Source of the DNA: an uncultured Rhizobium sp.
Lineage (GTDB): Bacteria > Pseudomonadota > Alphaproteobacteria > Rhizobiales > Rhizobiaceae
Reading direction: 5' to 3'
Assembly: GCA_945952415.1 (NCBI GenBank)
Contig: CAMFIF010000020.1
Span: 3,695-67,694, forward strand
DNA: 64,000 nucleotides
The translations under genes were made by a program, and so were the position numbers. The notes beneath the pieces were generated by a model that was not told the origin of the DNA, searched no databases, and saw only the letters and a list, made by a program, of their open reading frames with translations. This document shows positions 38,493 to 48,716 of this stretch, one piece after another (position 1 is the first letter of the stretch; the number at the start of each line of letters is the position of its first letter).

Positions 38493-40286
38493 ATGTCTGA
38501 ACAAGAAGTGCAGCGCCGCCGCTCCATGAAACCCTTGATGGTTCTGGTGCCCTACATTCTGCGCTATCGCGCCCTAGCCGCCGGTGCGCTTGTGTTTCTG
38601 GCGCTTGCCGCGGCCACCACGCTGGCGCTTCCCGCCGCCGTCCGCCAGATGGTGGATCACGGCTTCCAGCGGCAGAACAGCGCGGAAATCAACGGCACAT
38701 TCGGTCTTCTGGTCATACTGGCCGTGGTTCTCGCGCTGGCAAGCGCGCTCCGCTACTATTTCGTCATCACCATCGGCGAGCGAATCGTCGCGGATCTCCG
38801 CCGCGATGTCTTCGCCCATGTGGTGAAGCTCTCCCCAGCCTTCTTCGACGTCAACCAGTCGGGTGAAATCGTCTCCCGGCTGACCGCCGACACGACCCAG
38901 ATCAAGTCCGCTGTTGGCGCGACCGCCTCGCTGGCCCTGCGCAACACGATTCTCTGTCTTGGCGCCATCGGCATGATGGTGGTGACGAGCCCGAAGCTCT
39001 CGGGCCTGGTTCTCGCCACGATCCCCCTCATCGTCTTCCCGCTGGTGGCCTTTGGCCGGTCCGTGCGCTCCCGTTCGCGCAATGCACAGGATACGCTCGC
39101 CAATGCCTCCGCCTTTGCGGGCGAAACCATTGGCGCCACCCGCACCGTCCAGGCTTTCACCTCGGAAGGGCTTGCCGACCGTCGCTATGCCGCCGCCGTC
39201 GAGACCTCCTATGAGGCGGCTCGCGCCGCAATCAAGTCGCGCTCCTTCCTCACCGGCTTTGCCATTGCCCTGGTCTTCGGCAGCGTCGTCGGCGTTCTCT
39301 GGTATGGCGCCAATCTGGTGCTCGCCGGCACCCTCTCCGCCGGCACGCTCGGCCAGTTTCTGCTTTATTCGGTCATTGCCGGCGGTTCTCTGGGCGCGCT
39401 TTCGGAAGTATGGGGCGAATTCGCCCAGGCCAGCGGTGCGGCCGAACGGCTGAACGAACTCCTGAAGGAAGTGCCGGCCATCCGCGCGCCCGCAATGCCG
39501 AAGACCCTCCCCGCGCCAGTCACCGGCCGCGTGGAATTCAGCAATGTGCGCTTCGCCTATCCATCCCGTCCGGGCAAGGAAACCCTGTCAGGCCTTTCCT
39601 TCCGCATCGAGCCCGGCGAGACCGTGGCGATCGTCGGCCCTTCCGGCGCCGGCAAGAGCACGGTATTCGGCCTGGCGCTGCGCTTTTATGATCCAAGTGC
39701 GGGACGGGTGGCCTTCGAAGGCATCGACGTGAAGGACCTGCGCCCGGAAGATCTCCGCCGGCAGATCGCCATCGTGCCCCAGGATGTCACCATCTTCTCC
39801 GGCACGATTGCCGAAAACATCGCCTTCGGCACGCCGGATGCGGGACGGAGCGCCATAGAAGCCGCCGCTCGGGCCGCCCAGGCGGAAGAATTCATCGCCC
39901 GTCTCGACAAGGGCTTCGATACAGAAGTCGGCGAGCGCGGGGTGACGCTTTCGGGAGGCCAGCGCCAGCGGATCGCCATCGCCCGCGCCATTCTCAAGAA
40001 TGCCCCGGTGCTGCTGCTGGACGAAGCCACCTCTGCTCTCGATGCGGAAAGCGAAACGCTGGTGCAGAAGGCACTCGACGGCCTGATGCGCGACCGCACC
40101 ACCATCGTGATCGCCCACCGCCTGGCAACCGTGCTCAAGGCGGACCGTATCCTCGTGCTCGATCAGGGCCATATCGTCGAGGAAGGCACCCATGAAAGCC
40201 TGATCCGCCTCGGTGGCCTCTACGCCAAGCTCGCCCGCCTTCAGTTCGACGAAGGCGCCCGCGCCTTCGAGGCCGAAGGGATCTAG
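38493..40286 (+). CDS. ABC exporter, fused permease/ATPase (MsbA/ABCB type)
   Basis: Six-TM domain, then Walker [10 protein letters not shown], signature [14 protein letters not shown] and Walker [12 protein letters not shown]. Start is the ATG at 38493 or 38484. Confidence 0.9.
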   Translation: MSEQEVQRRRSMKPLMVLVPYILRYRALAAGALVFLALAAATTLALPAAVRQMVDHGFQRQNSAEINGTFGLLVILAVVLALASALRYYFVITIGERIVADLRRDVFAHVVKLSPAFFDVNQSGEIVSRLTADTTQIKSAVGATASLALRNTILCLGAIGMMVVTSPKLSGLVLATIPLIVFPLVAFGRSVRSRSRNAQDTLANASAFAGETIGATRTVQAFTSEGLADRRYAAAVETSYEAARAAIKSRSFLTGFAIALVFGSVVGVLWYGANLVLAGTLSAGTLGQFLLYSVIAGGSLGALSEVWGEFAQASGAAERLNELLKEVPAIRAPAMPKTLPAPVTGRVEFSNVRFAYPSRPGKETLSGLSFRIEPGETVAIVGPSGAGKSTVFGLALRFYDPSAGRVAFEGIDVKDLRPEDLRRQIAIVPQDVTIFSGTIAENIAFGTPDAGRSAIEAAARAAQAEEFIARLDKGFDTEVGERGVTLSGGQRQRIAIARAILKNAPVLLLDEATSALDAESETLVQKALDGLMRDRTTIVIAHRLATVLKADRILVLDQGHIVEEGTHESLIRLGGLYAKLARLQFDEGARAFEAEGI

Positions 40287-41926
40287 CTTCCAACCGCCCT
40301 GCCCGCCACGCGGCCGGAGAACAGGCAGCCGCCGAGGAAGGTGCCTTCCAGCGCGCTATAGCCATGCATGCCGCCGCCGCCGAATCCGGCGGCCTCGCCG
40401 ATGGCGTAGAGGCCGGGCACATATTCGCCGTTGAGCGACAGGACGCGAGCGGAAAGATCGGTCTCGAGCCCGCCGAGTGTCTTGCGGGTGAGAATGTGCA
40501 GGCGCACCGCGATCAGCGGTCCGGCCGCGGGATCGAGAAGGCGATGGGGCTTGGCGGTGCGCATCAGCCGGTCCCCCAGATAGGCCCGCGCGCCGCGAAT
40601 CGCGGTGATCTGCTGGTCTTTCGAAAACCGGTTGTCGATCTCCCGGTCGCGGGCCTCGATCTGGCCACGCAGATGGGCGGCATCGATGCGATGGCCGGAT
40701 TCGAGCCCGTTCATGCCCTCGACCAGCGCTTCCAGCGTATCCCGGACGATGAAATCCTCGCCCTTTTCCATGAAGGCGCGCACCGGCCCCGGCGGCTCCT
40801 TGCCGAGCCGCTTCAGGAGAAGCGGAATATCCTTGCCGGTCAGGTCAGGATTCTGCTCCGAACCGGACAACGCAAATTCCTTCTTGATGATCGATTTGGT
40901 GAGAATAAACCAGCTGTGCTCATGGCCCCGGGCACGGATCGCCTTCAGGGTGGCGAGCGTATCGAAGCCCGGCATGGCGGGTGCCGGAAAGCGGTTGCCC
41001 TCCGCATCGCACCAGAAGGAGGAGGGGCCGGGCAAAATGCGGATGCCATGGCCGGGCCAGATCGGGTCCCAGTTCTTCAGGCCTTCCGTATAATGCCACA
41101 TGCGGTCGCCATTGATGATGCGGCCGCCGGACTTGGCCGTGATGTCGAGCATCCGTCCGTCCACATGGTCCGGCACGCCGGTGACCATGCGGCGCGGCGG
41201 CGGGCCCAGCCGCTCGACCGGCCAGTTCGCCCTGACCAGATCGTGATTGCCACCGATCCCGCCGGAGGCAACGATGACGGCGCCTGCGGCGATGCGGAAA
41301 TCCCCGGTGATCTCTCGGCTGGTGCTCCGCCCTCGCTCCGCATCATCCGCCTTCAGGAGAGAGCCATGCACGCCTTTGGCCACACCGTTTTCGAGGAGGA
41401 TGCCATCCACCCGTGCGCGCCAGCGGAAGGAAAGCCGGCCCGCCCTTTCCAGCTCGGCGGCGCGGCGGATGAAGGGGGCAATCACGCCCGGCCCCGTTCC
41501 CCAGGTCACATGGAAACGGGGCACCGAATTTCCATGGCCCGTCGCCAGCCCGCCGCCCCGTTCCGCCCAGCCGACCACGGGAAACCAGCGCATGCCCATC
41601 TGGTGCAGCCAGGCCCGCTTCTCGCCGGCGGCGAAATGGAGATAGGCCTCCGCCCAGCGCCGCGGCCAGAAATCCTCCGGCCGGTCGAAACCGGCAGAAC
41701 CCAGCCAGTCCTGGAGCGCCAGCGCCTGGCTGTCGCGAATGCCCATCAGCCTTTGTTCGGGACTGTCGATGAAGAAGAGGCCGCCGAGCGACCAGAAGGC
41801 CTGGCCGCCCATGGATTGCGGCCCTTCCTGATCCACCACGAGCACCTGAAGCCCGCGAGAGGCGGCTTCCGTGGCGGCCACCAGACCGGCAAGACCCGCA
41901 CCGACCACGACGACATCGACATCCAT
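40283..41926 (-). CDS. FAD-binding dehydrogenase (COG3573-like predicted oxidoreductase)
   Basis: Rossmann motif VDVVVVGAGLAGLVAATEAASRG and C-terminal GLYAIGEAAGFGGGGMHGY. 547 aa. Confidence 0.8.
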   Translation of the reverse strand: MDVDVVVVGAGLAGLVAATEAASRGLQVLVVDQEGPQSMGGQAFWSLGGLFFIDSPEQRLMGIRDSQALALQDWLGSAGFDRPEDFWPRRWAEAYLHFAAGEKRAWLHQMGMRWFPVVGWAERGGGLATGHGNSVPRFHVTWGTGPGVIAPFIRRAAELERAGRLSFRWRARVDGILLENGVAKGVHGSLLKADDAERGRSTSREITGDFRIAAGAVIVASGGIGGNHDLVRANWPVERLGPPPRRMVTGVPDHVDGRMLDITAKSGGRIINGDRMWHYTEGLKNWDPIWPGHGIRILPGPSSFWCDAEGNRFPAPAMPGFDTLATLKAIRARGHEHSWFILTKSIIKKEFALSGSEQNPDLTGKDIPLLLKRLGKEPPGPVRAFMEKGEDFIVRDTLEALVEGMNGLESGHRIDAAHLRGQIEARDREIDNRFSKDQQITAIRGARAYLGDRLMRTAKPHRLLDPAAGPLIAVRLHILTRKTLGGLETDLSARVLSLNGEYVPGLYAIGEAAGFGGGGMHGYSALEGTFLGGCLFSGRVAGRAVGS

Positions 41927-42010
41927 GCGGGGCCTCCTCAGAATACCGTTTACGCAAAGGTAAATCGCCCTTTACTGCCCTGGCAACCGGAAAAGCGCGG
42001 GCCACGCCCG

Positions 42011-43042
42011 CTATTTTTCCGTCAGCTTCAGTTCGATTCGCCGATTGGCGGCGCGCGCTTCAGGCGAGTCGCCCTCCGCGATCGGCTGGAACTCGCCGAA
42101 ACCGGCGGCCGCCAGCCGGTCTGCAGGCACGCCCTTGGAAATCAGGAACTTGACCACAGAGGTGGCGCGGGCGGAGGAAAGCTCCCAGTTATCCGCAAAC
42201 TTGCCGGTACCGGAAAGGGGCACATTGTCCGTATGGCCATCCACCCGGAGCACCCAGTTGATTTCCGGCGGAATTTCCCGGGCGAGCTCGACGATGGCAT
42301 CCGCCACCTTCTGCATTTCCGCTTCGCCCTCCGGGTTCATCACATTGGCACCGGAGGGAAAGAGCACTTCCGACTGGAAGACGAAGCGATCCCCGACGAT
42401 GCGGATGTTCTGCCGATCGGACAGGATTTCCCTCAGCCGGCCGAAAAAGTCGGAGCGGTAGCGATTGAGCTCCTGCACGCGCTGGGCGAGCGCAATGTTC
42501 AGCCGGTGGCCAAGGTCGGCAATCTTGGTGCGCGAGGCCTGGTCCTTCGCTTCCGCCGCCTGGAGCGCCTGCTCCACCGCAGCAATCTGGTTGCGCAGGG
42601 CGGCAATCTGCTGGTTCAGCAGCTCCACCTGGCTCATCGCCCGGGAACTGATCTTCTTTTCCGCATCCAGACTGTCGGTGAGCGCACCGATCCGCGCCTG
42701 TGCCGCCTCCGCGCCGCCATTGCCGGAATTCAAAAGCTGCTGCAGCCGGCTGCGTTCGCTTTCCGAGGCGGCGAGCGAGGATTGCAGCGCGGCAAGGGAA
42801 TCTTCGAGGTCCTGCTTGCCGCTTCTTTCCAGCGCCAGCGCCTGGGTAAGCTCGTTGATCTGGCTGTTCAGCCGCGTCAGCACCTCGTCCTTGCCCGATA
42901 TTTCGCGGCTGAGCAGGAACTGCCCCAGCACGAAGACGGTAAGAAGGAACATGATGGAGAGCAGCAGCGTCGACAGCGCATCGACAAAGCCCGGCCAATA
43001 ATCGACGCTGCGCTGAGACCGGCGATTGCGGGAAAGCGCCAT
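42011..43042 (-). CDS. MotB/OmpA-like peptidoglycan-binding protein with long periplasmic coiled coil
   Basis: N-terminal YWPGFVDALSTLLLSIMFLL has a conserved Asp at the TM entry. About 165 aa are heptad-rich. The C-terminal OmpA-like domain reads HTDNVPL...NWELSSARATSVVKFL...ANRRIELKL. Confidence 0.85.
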   Translation of the reverse strand: MALSRNRRSQRSVDYWPGFVDALSTLLLSIMFLLTVFVLGQFLLSREISGKDEVLTRLNSQINELTQALALERSGKQDLEDSLAALQSSLAASESERSRLQQLLNSGNGGAEAAQARIGALTDSLDAEKKISSRAMSQVELLNQQIAALRNQIAAVEQALQAAEAKDQASRTKIADLGHRLNIALAQRVQELNRYRSDFFGRLREILSDRQNIRIVGDRFVFQSEVLFPSGANVMNPEGEAEMQKVADAIVELAREIPPEINWVLRVDGHTDNVPLSGTGKFADNWELSSARATSVVKFLISKGVPADRLAAAGFGEFQPIAEGDSPEARAANRRIELKLTEK

Positions 43043-43045
43043 GGA

Positions 43046-44071
43046 TCAGCGCTCCCGCAGCCGGTCTGCCAGCTTGTCCAGCGTGCGGCGCATGGCCTTC
43101 GTCTCCTCCTGCTGCGCCTCGATCCAGTTGCGCAGCATCTGCTGTTCGCCGCGCATGGTCTTGACAAGCCCCTGGATACCCTCGGCGAGATGGGCGGTGG
43201 CTTCCGAGAGCCGCCCGGCATCGCCACCCTCGACCGAAAGTCGCCCGAGCTGCTCGGTGATCGCCCGCAATTCCTCGATAGGCGCGGGGGACGCGGCACT
43301 GACGACCGGCGCCCGGTCGCTGTTCACGTCGGTGACGGAGGAAAGCCAGTCCTCGAGCTCGGTATAGAAGCGGTTCTGCGCCCGCCCGGCCTGAAGATCG
43401 AGGAAGCCCAGGATCAGAGAGCCGGAAAGGCCGAGAAGCGAGGAGGAAAAAGCCGTGCCCATGCCGGAAAGCGGTGCGGAAAGGCCCTCCTTCAACGAAA
43501 GCAGCACGGCCGATGCATCCCCCGTCCCCGGATCGAGCGTCTGGATCACCTGGTTGATCGAGGCAATGGTGCCAAGCAGACCCCAGAAGGTGCCGAGCAG
43601 GCCGAGAAACACCAGAACGCCGATCAGATAGCGGGAAATATCGCGCGTCTCATCGAGCCGCGTCGCAATCGAATCGAGGATCGAGCGCAGCGCCGCCGTG
43701 GAGATTGCCATGGTTTCCTGATTGCCGATCAGCGCCCGCATCGGCGAGAGCAGCTTCGGCTCGCGCCCCACCCGGTCCGCATGGCCGGCGGCGCGGAAAC
43801 TGTTGAACCAGTTCACCTCGGGCCGAAGGCCGAGCACATGGGAAAAGACCAGGATGATGCCGATCAGCTCCACGCCCAGAATGAGGCTGTTGAGGCCCGG
43901 ATTGGCAATGAAGGCCGTATGGATCTGCCGATAGAGAATGGCGGCGATGAAGGCGACGATGATCAGGAACAGGATCATCGTCCAGAAAACCGGCATGGGG
44001 CTCGAAAGCTTCTTGCCGTAGCGGCCCGGCCGGGCCTCGGCCGCGCCCGAAATGGTAGGATCAATATTCAT
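43046..44071 (-). CDS. MotA/TolQ/ExbB proton-channel family protein with helical C-terminal tail
   Basis: Four predicted TM segments. Signature YLIGVLVFLGLLGTFWGLLGTI...GMGTAFSSSLLGLSGSLILGFLDLQ. About 115 aa of C-terminal helical/coiled region. The stop lies 3 nt before the MotB-like ATG. Confidence 0.85.
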   Translation of the reverse strand: MNIDPTISGAAEARPGRYGKKLSSPMPVFWTMILFLIIVAFIAAILYRQIHTAFIANPGLNSLILGVELIGIILVFSHVLGLRPEVNWFNSFRAAGHADRVGREPKLLSPMRALIGNQETMAISTAALRSILDSIATRLDETRDISRYLIGVLVFLGLLGTFWGLLGTIASINQVIQTLDPGTGDASAVLLSLKEGLSAPLSGMGTAFSSSLLGLSGSLILGFLDLQAGRAQNRFYTELEDWLSSVTDVNSDRAPVVSAASPAPIEELRAITEQLGRLSVEGGDAGRLSEATAHLAEGIQGLVKTMRGEQQMLRNWIEAQQEETKAMRRTLDKLADRLRER

Positions 44072-44725
44072 GCGGTTCAGATCCCGGTATGTTTGCCCGA
44101 GGCAACAGGTTCATTTGTAAAAAGCCTAACCCAGACCCGCCCGAAAATGAAACAGTTCTCGGCCCTGAAATGCCGTCATCCTCATCGAATTCAAGCGGCG
44201 CCTCCCATAGCCCCGCCTTCAGGGAATGCGCAGCCAGCGCCAATCGTTCCAGAACACCTGCCTTCGCTTATCCCGTCCTTGTCTCTCACGAAGATGACAA
44301 AAGGGCGGCGCCTCTTAAAAGCTGCATTGGGTAGCAAAAGCCGCCAGACCTGAAATCGCATCCCGATTATCCGGGTTTCCGATGAAAAACGAGGCCTTGA
44401 ATGGCAGTCCGGCCAGTTCGACCGGCCGTAAGGTTTGGGGAGAGGTTGCCCTTTGGCCGTATCTTTCGGGATTCGCCATCGCTCAGCCCATCCACCATCC
44501 CGAGAAAGGCTGGCCAAATTTCGGCCTCCCGCCCGAGCCGTGACAGCAGGCAGAGCCGATCGGCGGCGGAAGGCCCCGAGGATATCAGAGCTGCATGCGT
44601 ACAATCCTCAATATGACCGAGGTTCTTGCCGCATCTCGGTCAGGTATTGATCGGAGAAGACTTAGTTAGCTAATGCCGGAAGTTAAGACTGGACGAGCGC
44701 CCCCGCCGTACTTCCCGCGCAGGTC

Positions 44726-45289
44726 TCAGCGAACTTTGGAATACAGGAAAGCGTCCCGTGGTTCGCTCGACAAATTTGGATGGAAAAGGTAACGCCGAAG
44801 CAAGGCTTCCTGTGTCATGCCAGCCTTTTCCATTACACGTGCCGAGGCCACGTTCATGACATCACAAGCTGCCTCGGTGCGATAGATCATCGGATGGGAA
44901 AGGGCATGCTCGATTGCCCAATGCACAACTTCAGTCGCGACACCCTGTCCCCAGCAGTCCTTGCGGATAAGCCAGCCGTAGGAAACTCGCCGTCCCGCCA
45001 GTCGCGCCTCAATCTTTCCAACGAGTTCGCTTGGCACGTCGCGCCTGCAAATTACCGCCGGGAATATTGAGCCCTTTTCCCACTCCTGGTTGGAGCGCTC
45101 CGTAACTTCTTGCGTCTGTGAAAGGTCTGTATGCGGACGCCAAGTGAGATACTTCGTCACTTCAGGGTCAGTCGCCCAACCAGCAAAAATAGCTGCGGCA
45201 TCAGACGAAACAATCCGCCTCACCAGAAATCGATCCGTGAAGAATTCCTCTGGGAGGCGATACGCCGTGTCCATTTCGTGATCCTTCAT
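44726..45289 (-). CDS. GNAT family N-acetyltransferase (RimJ/RimL-like)
   Basis: FLVRRIVSSDAAAIFAGW...YGWLIRKDCWGQGVATEVVHWAIEHAL...NVASARVMEKAGM. Local GC is lower than the flanks. Confidence 0.85.
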   Translation of the reverse strand: MKDHEMDTAYRLPEEFFTDRFLVRRIVSSDAAAIFAGWATDPEVTKYLTWRPHTDLSQTQEVTERSNQEWEKGSIFPAVICRRDVPSELVGKIEARLAGRRVSYGWLIRKDCWGQGVATEVVHWAIEHALSHPMIYRTEAACDVMNVASARVMEKAGMTQEALLRRYLFHPNLSSEPRDAFLYSKVR

Positions 45290-45498
45290 TTATCGCGCGC
45301 TTGCCAGCGCAATCACAGCGCAGCACTCAGCGGTGCAACATACACAGGATTTGCGGTCGAGGCGATGCAAAATTGTAGATCCCTCTAATTATCAATGGAA
45401 ATCAGAGCTGTAGATGGTGCTATGTGGTCCTTGCTATCTAATGCCTCTTAAAAGCGCCGCCCTCTGAAAAGGACAATGGTTCGGAAATATAGCCGCCC

Positions 45499-46296
45499 TC
45501 AGCGCGGGAGCGGGCGATGGCTGACTTCCAGGAGAGCCTTGTGGATATGCTCGTTGCCCGCCAGAACCGTTCCGGTTTCGAGAATGCTGGTGCCGCCGTT
45601 GAAATCGGAGACATAGCCACCCGCTTCGCGCACAAGGATGATGCCGGCAGCGATGTCCCAGGCGGAAAGATCGTTCTCCCAATAGCCATCGAGCCGGCCG
45701 GCGGCCACATAGGCGAGATCGAGCGCCGCCGAACCGAAGCGGCGCACGCCGGCCACTTCGCCCATGACATGGCGCAGTTCGAGCAGGAACTTGCCGTGAT
45801 TGCCCCGGCCGAGATGGGGAACGCCGCAACCGATCACCGCATCGGAGAGAACCCGACGGGAGGCGACGCGCAGGCGCCGGTCGTTGAGGAAGGCCCCGCC
45901 CCCGCGCTCGGCCGTGTAGAGTTCGTCCATGGCCGGATTGTAGATGACGCCGGCGACGATCTCGTTGTTGCGCTCGAGCGCAATGGACACGCCGAAGATC
46001 GGAATGCCGTGCAGGAAGTTGGTCGTGCCGTCGAGCGGATCGACGATCCAGCGGTGTGCGCCGTCCGTGCCCTTGATCTCTTCGCTTTCCTCGCCGAGGA
46101 AGCCATAGGTCGGCCGGGATTTCATCAGCTCGTCCTGGATGATCTTCTCGGCCTTGCGGTCGGCCTGGGAAACGAAGTCGCCCGGCCCCTTCAGCGAGAC
46201 CTGCAGGTTCTGCACTTCGCCGAAATCGCGCGAGAGCGACTTGCCCGCCTTGAGCGCAGCCTGAACCATGACATTGAGAAGAGCTGAACGAGCCAT
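45499..46296 (-). CDS. suhB: inositol monophosphatase family protein
   Basis: MARSALLNVMVQAALKAGKSL...GEESEE...WIVDPLDGTTNFLHGIP...WDIAAG. ATG at 46296 gives 265 aa. Confidence 0.92.
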   Translation of the reverse strand: MARSALLNVMVQAALKAGKSLSRDFGEVQNLQVSLKGPGDFVSQADRKAEKIIQDELMKSRPTYGFLGEESEEIKGTDGAHRWIVDPLDGTTNFLHGIPIFGVSIALERNNEIVAGVIYNPAMDELYTAERGGGAFLNDRRLRVASRRVLSDAVIGCGVPHLGRGNHGKFLLELRHVMGEVAGVRRFGSAALDLAYVAAGRLDGYWENDLSAWDIAAGIILVREAGGYVSDFNGGTSILETGTVLAGNEHIHKALLEVSHRPLPR

Positions 46297-46476
46297 CGGG
46301 ACTTTTTTCCTTGAAAAGCAATCTGGTCCGGCGGCCAGCGCAGCCGGGCGGCGCGGCGGATTAAGACCAGCGATACGAGATATTGCCGCCTCAAGACCAC
46401 AAAACCGGTCGGAATTCAAGGGGCAGCGGCTGTTTCAGCCCCGTGCAAGGCGGCTATGCCGCCGATGCAGGGCTGG

Positions 46477-46809
46477 TTAATGGCCGTTAGCCGCGCTTTC
46501 CGCCTCGTCGGAAAGCCCATGCGCTGCCCGTGCCATCAGGCATTCGGGGTCGCCCGGCATGCAGGCGCGGCACACATCCGGGCGCACCGCATAGATCGTG
46601 CAGGCGACGTGCTTGCCCACCTCCCCCGCCAGCGCCAGACAGCGGTCGTTCTCGCAGCGCATGCCCGAGAGATCGGCCGCCACGAAGGCTTCCGGAATGA
46701 GCGCCAGCTGCTCGTCTGTTTCGAGCGAAAATCGGGGCCATTCCGCGCTATAGGCGCAGCAGGCACCGCAGGCCTGGCAATCGAAGGCCGCGGTTTCGGC
46801 AAGGCTCAT
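46477..46809 (-). CDS. YkgJ-family cysteine-cluster protein
   Basis: N-terminal cluster CQACGACC plus downstream Cys residues (CTIYAVRPDVCRAC). The ATG overlaps the upstream gene's stop (ATGA). Confidence 0.8.
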   Translation of the reverse strand: MSLAETAAFDCQACGACCAYSAEWPRFSLETDEQLALIPEAFVAADLSGMRCENDRCLALAGEVGKHVACTIYAVRPDVCRACMPGDPECLMARAAHGLSDEAESAANGH

Positions 46810-47945
46810 GGGCGCGGCCGGAAGGCATCGGCAAGGGCGATTGCCTTTTGCTGCTTGTCGTCCTCGATACCGAGGAAGAAATCCTCAAGCCCGGGATCGG
46901 CAAGGCCGGCACGCCTGGAAATCACGTACCATTTTGCCGCTTCGACCGGATCGGGCCGCGTACCTATCGCCTCGATCAGAAGATGGGCCACCTTGTTGGC
47001 GGCGGAAATATTACCCCTTTCGGCGGCAATCTTCAGCCATTCGAAACCGGCCTTCGCATCGCGCGGCCCCGCCGTGCCATTGACGAGCCAGAGGCCGAGA
47101 TCGAGCTGCGCCGTATCGAAGCCGGCCCGGGCCGCCCGCTCGATCCAGGTGAGCGCCTTCAGCTTCCGGTCCTGGCCGAGATCCTCGACCGCCATATAGA
47201 TCTGGGAAACCGCATATTGGGCATCGGCAATCCCCTGTTCCGCGCCCTTCAGATAGTAGGGCAGGGCCATCTTCAGGCCCTCCGGCCCGGGATGATCGCC
47301 AACCAGCACCTGCGCATAGTTGAAGGCGGCCGAACCGTTTCCGAGATCGGCGGCCTTTTTCATCAGCTGATCGGCCTTGGTCTTGTCTTTCTGAACGACC
47401 GTACCCTCCATCAGAAGCAGGGCATATTTGAACATGGCCGCCGCATCCCCATGATCGGCGCCCTGCTGATACCAGAAGGCGGCCGCCTTCGGATCGCGCT
47501 TCACGCCAAGACCGTTGGAAAGCAGCTCGCCGATCAGCGTCTGCGCGGCGGCATCGCCAAGCTGCGCCCGCGGCAGGGCCTTTTCCATGGCGGTCAGGAA
47601 AAGGCCGCGCTGATAGGCGCCATAGGCCTCGTCGATCGGCCCCTTGTAATCCTTCTCCGGCGGCAGCGGCGGAAGATCGGCGCCCATGCGCTCTAGCAGT
47701 GTCAGCCCGCCCTCTTTCTTGCGCTGCTGGTCCGCCTCGGGCGGGGTTAGCCGCTGGGCATTGCCGTTCATCCGGTCAAGCGCGTTGTTTTCCGGCTGCA
47801 CCCGCCCCTGTTTCAGCGAGCCGGGATCCTCGCCCACCGGGCGGTTCACCACCGTATCGGCAGCCTGCTGCGCGAAAACGGGCAAGGCCGGCGCCGAAAG
47901 AACGGCGCCAATCACAAGAGGCAAAAAGGGGCAAAAGCGGCTCAT
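46806..47945 (-). CDS. secreted Sel1-like (TPR-family) repeat protein
   Basis: Signal peptide followed by repeated Sel1 units (GDAAAQTLIGELLSNGLGVKRDPKAAAFWYQQGADHGDAAAMFKYALLL...). Confidence 0.85.
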   Translation of the reverse strand: MSRFCPFLPLVIGAVLSAPALPVFAQQAADTVVNRPVGEDPGSLKQGRVQPENNALDRMNGNAQRLTPPEADQQRKKEGGLTLLERMGADLPPLPPEKDYKGPIDEAYGAYQRGLFLTAMEKALPRAQLGDAAAQTLIGELLSNGLGVKRDPKAAAFWYQQGADHGDAAAMFKYALLLMEGTVVQKDKTKADQLMKKAADLGNGSAAFNYAQVLVGDHPGPEGLKMALPYYLKGAEQGIADAQYAVSQIYMAVEDLGQDRKLKALTWIERAARAGFDTAQLDLGLWLVNGTAGPRDAKAGFEWLKIAAERGNISAANKVAHLLIEAIGTRPDPVEAAKWYVISRRAGLADPGLEDFFLGIEDDKQQKAIALADAFRPRP

Positions 47946-47954
47946 GCAGAGCTC

Positions 47955-48608
47955 TCAATCAGCAAACCGTGGCGCTTTTTCGTCGAGAAGCGCATTGATC
48001 TCGGCAACCGCTGCGGCAGCGCCCGCCGGGGCGGAAAAGACCGCGTCCCGGAGCGCCACGAATTCCGCGCCGGTCTCGGCAACGGCCAGCGCAGACTGGA
48101 GATCCGTGCCGCCCATGACGATGCAGGGGATTTCGATCATCGAGGCCCACCATTCGCCAAGCGCCAGGTTCTTCGGATGCGCCTCCGGTTTGATGTCGCC
48201 ATCGAGCTTGCCGAAGAAGATATAATCAGGCCTCAATTCGCCCAATTCCAGCGCCGCATGGCGCTCGGTCGCACCGCCGCCGCCGACGATCATCTTCGGG
48301 CTGTGGCGTTCCATCGCTTCGGCAAGATCGGCGGCACTGCCCTGCACATGAAGGCCGTCGGCCTTCACCCGGCCGGCCACGCGGCTGTCGCCGCTGAGAA
48401 GCGCGGCAGCGCCGTGATCCTGGATCAGCGGCACCAGGCTTGCGGCCCGTTTCTGGAAATCCGCATCGGAAAGCCCGTATTGCGGCAGGATGACGGAGGA
48501 GACATCCCCGCCCTTGAGGGCAGCCGTCAGGGCGGCAACACCCCCGTCCTCGCCCGCCGTTTCGGGCAGGATCAGAACGAGGCGGCAACGGTCTTCTGGT
48601 GAACTCAT
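47955..48608 (-). CDS. thiamine-phosphate synthase family protein (ThiE/TenI-like)
   Basis: MSSPEDRCRLVLILP...DYIFFGKL...PCIVMGG. ATG at 48608 gives 217 aa. The remaining ~300 aa of the 515-aa track ORF is antisense to the TauE gene. Confidence 0.75.
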   Translation of the reverse strand: MSSPEDRCRLVLILPETAGEDGGVAALTAALKGGDVSSVILPQYGLSDADFQKRAASLVPLIQDHGAAALLSGDSRVAGRVKADGLHVQGSAADLAEAMERHSPKMIVGGGGATERHAALELGELRPDYIFFGKLDGDIKPEAHPKNLALGEWWASMIEIPCIVMGGTDLQSALAVAETGAEFVALRDAVFSAPAGAAAAVAEINALLDEKAPRFAD

Positions 48609-48716
48609 GGCATTTTTCTCTGGATCGTCGTCCCGAATAGCCGCAACCGGCCCCGGACGCCCTCGTGTCTTGGTCTTAAATCCGATAGACCTCTCCCGGC
48701 AAAGGATCAACTCTCC

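Noticed and set aside
40364-44353. 1329-aa ORF on the + strand, the longest ORF in the window.
   Set aside because: The translation is Arg/Gly/Ala/Pro-rich with no recognisable motifs. It lies antisense to three well-supported minus-strand genes (FAD dehydrogenase, MotB-like, MotA-like). This is typical stop-poor antisense reading in high-GC DNA.
46297-46476. I looked for the alphaproteobacterial suhB-associated RNA motif/sRNA in the suhB upstream gap.
   Set aside because: Only two short GC hairpins are present. There is no U-tract terminator and no CU-rich single-stranded motif. I cannot support an RNA gene here without a covariance-model search.
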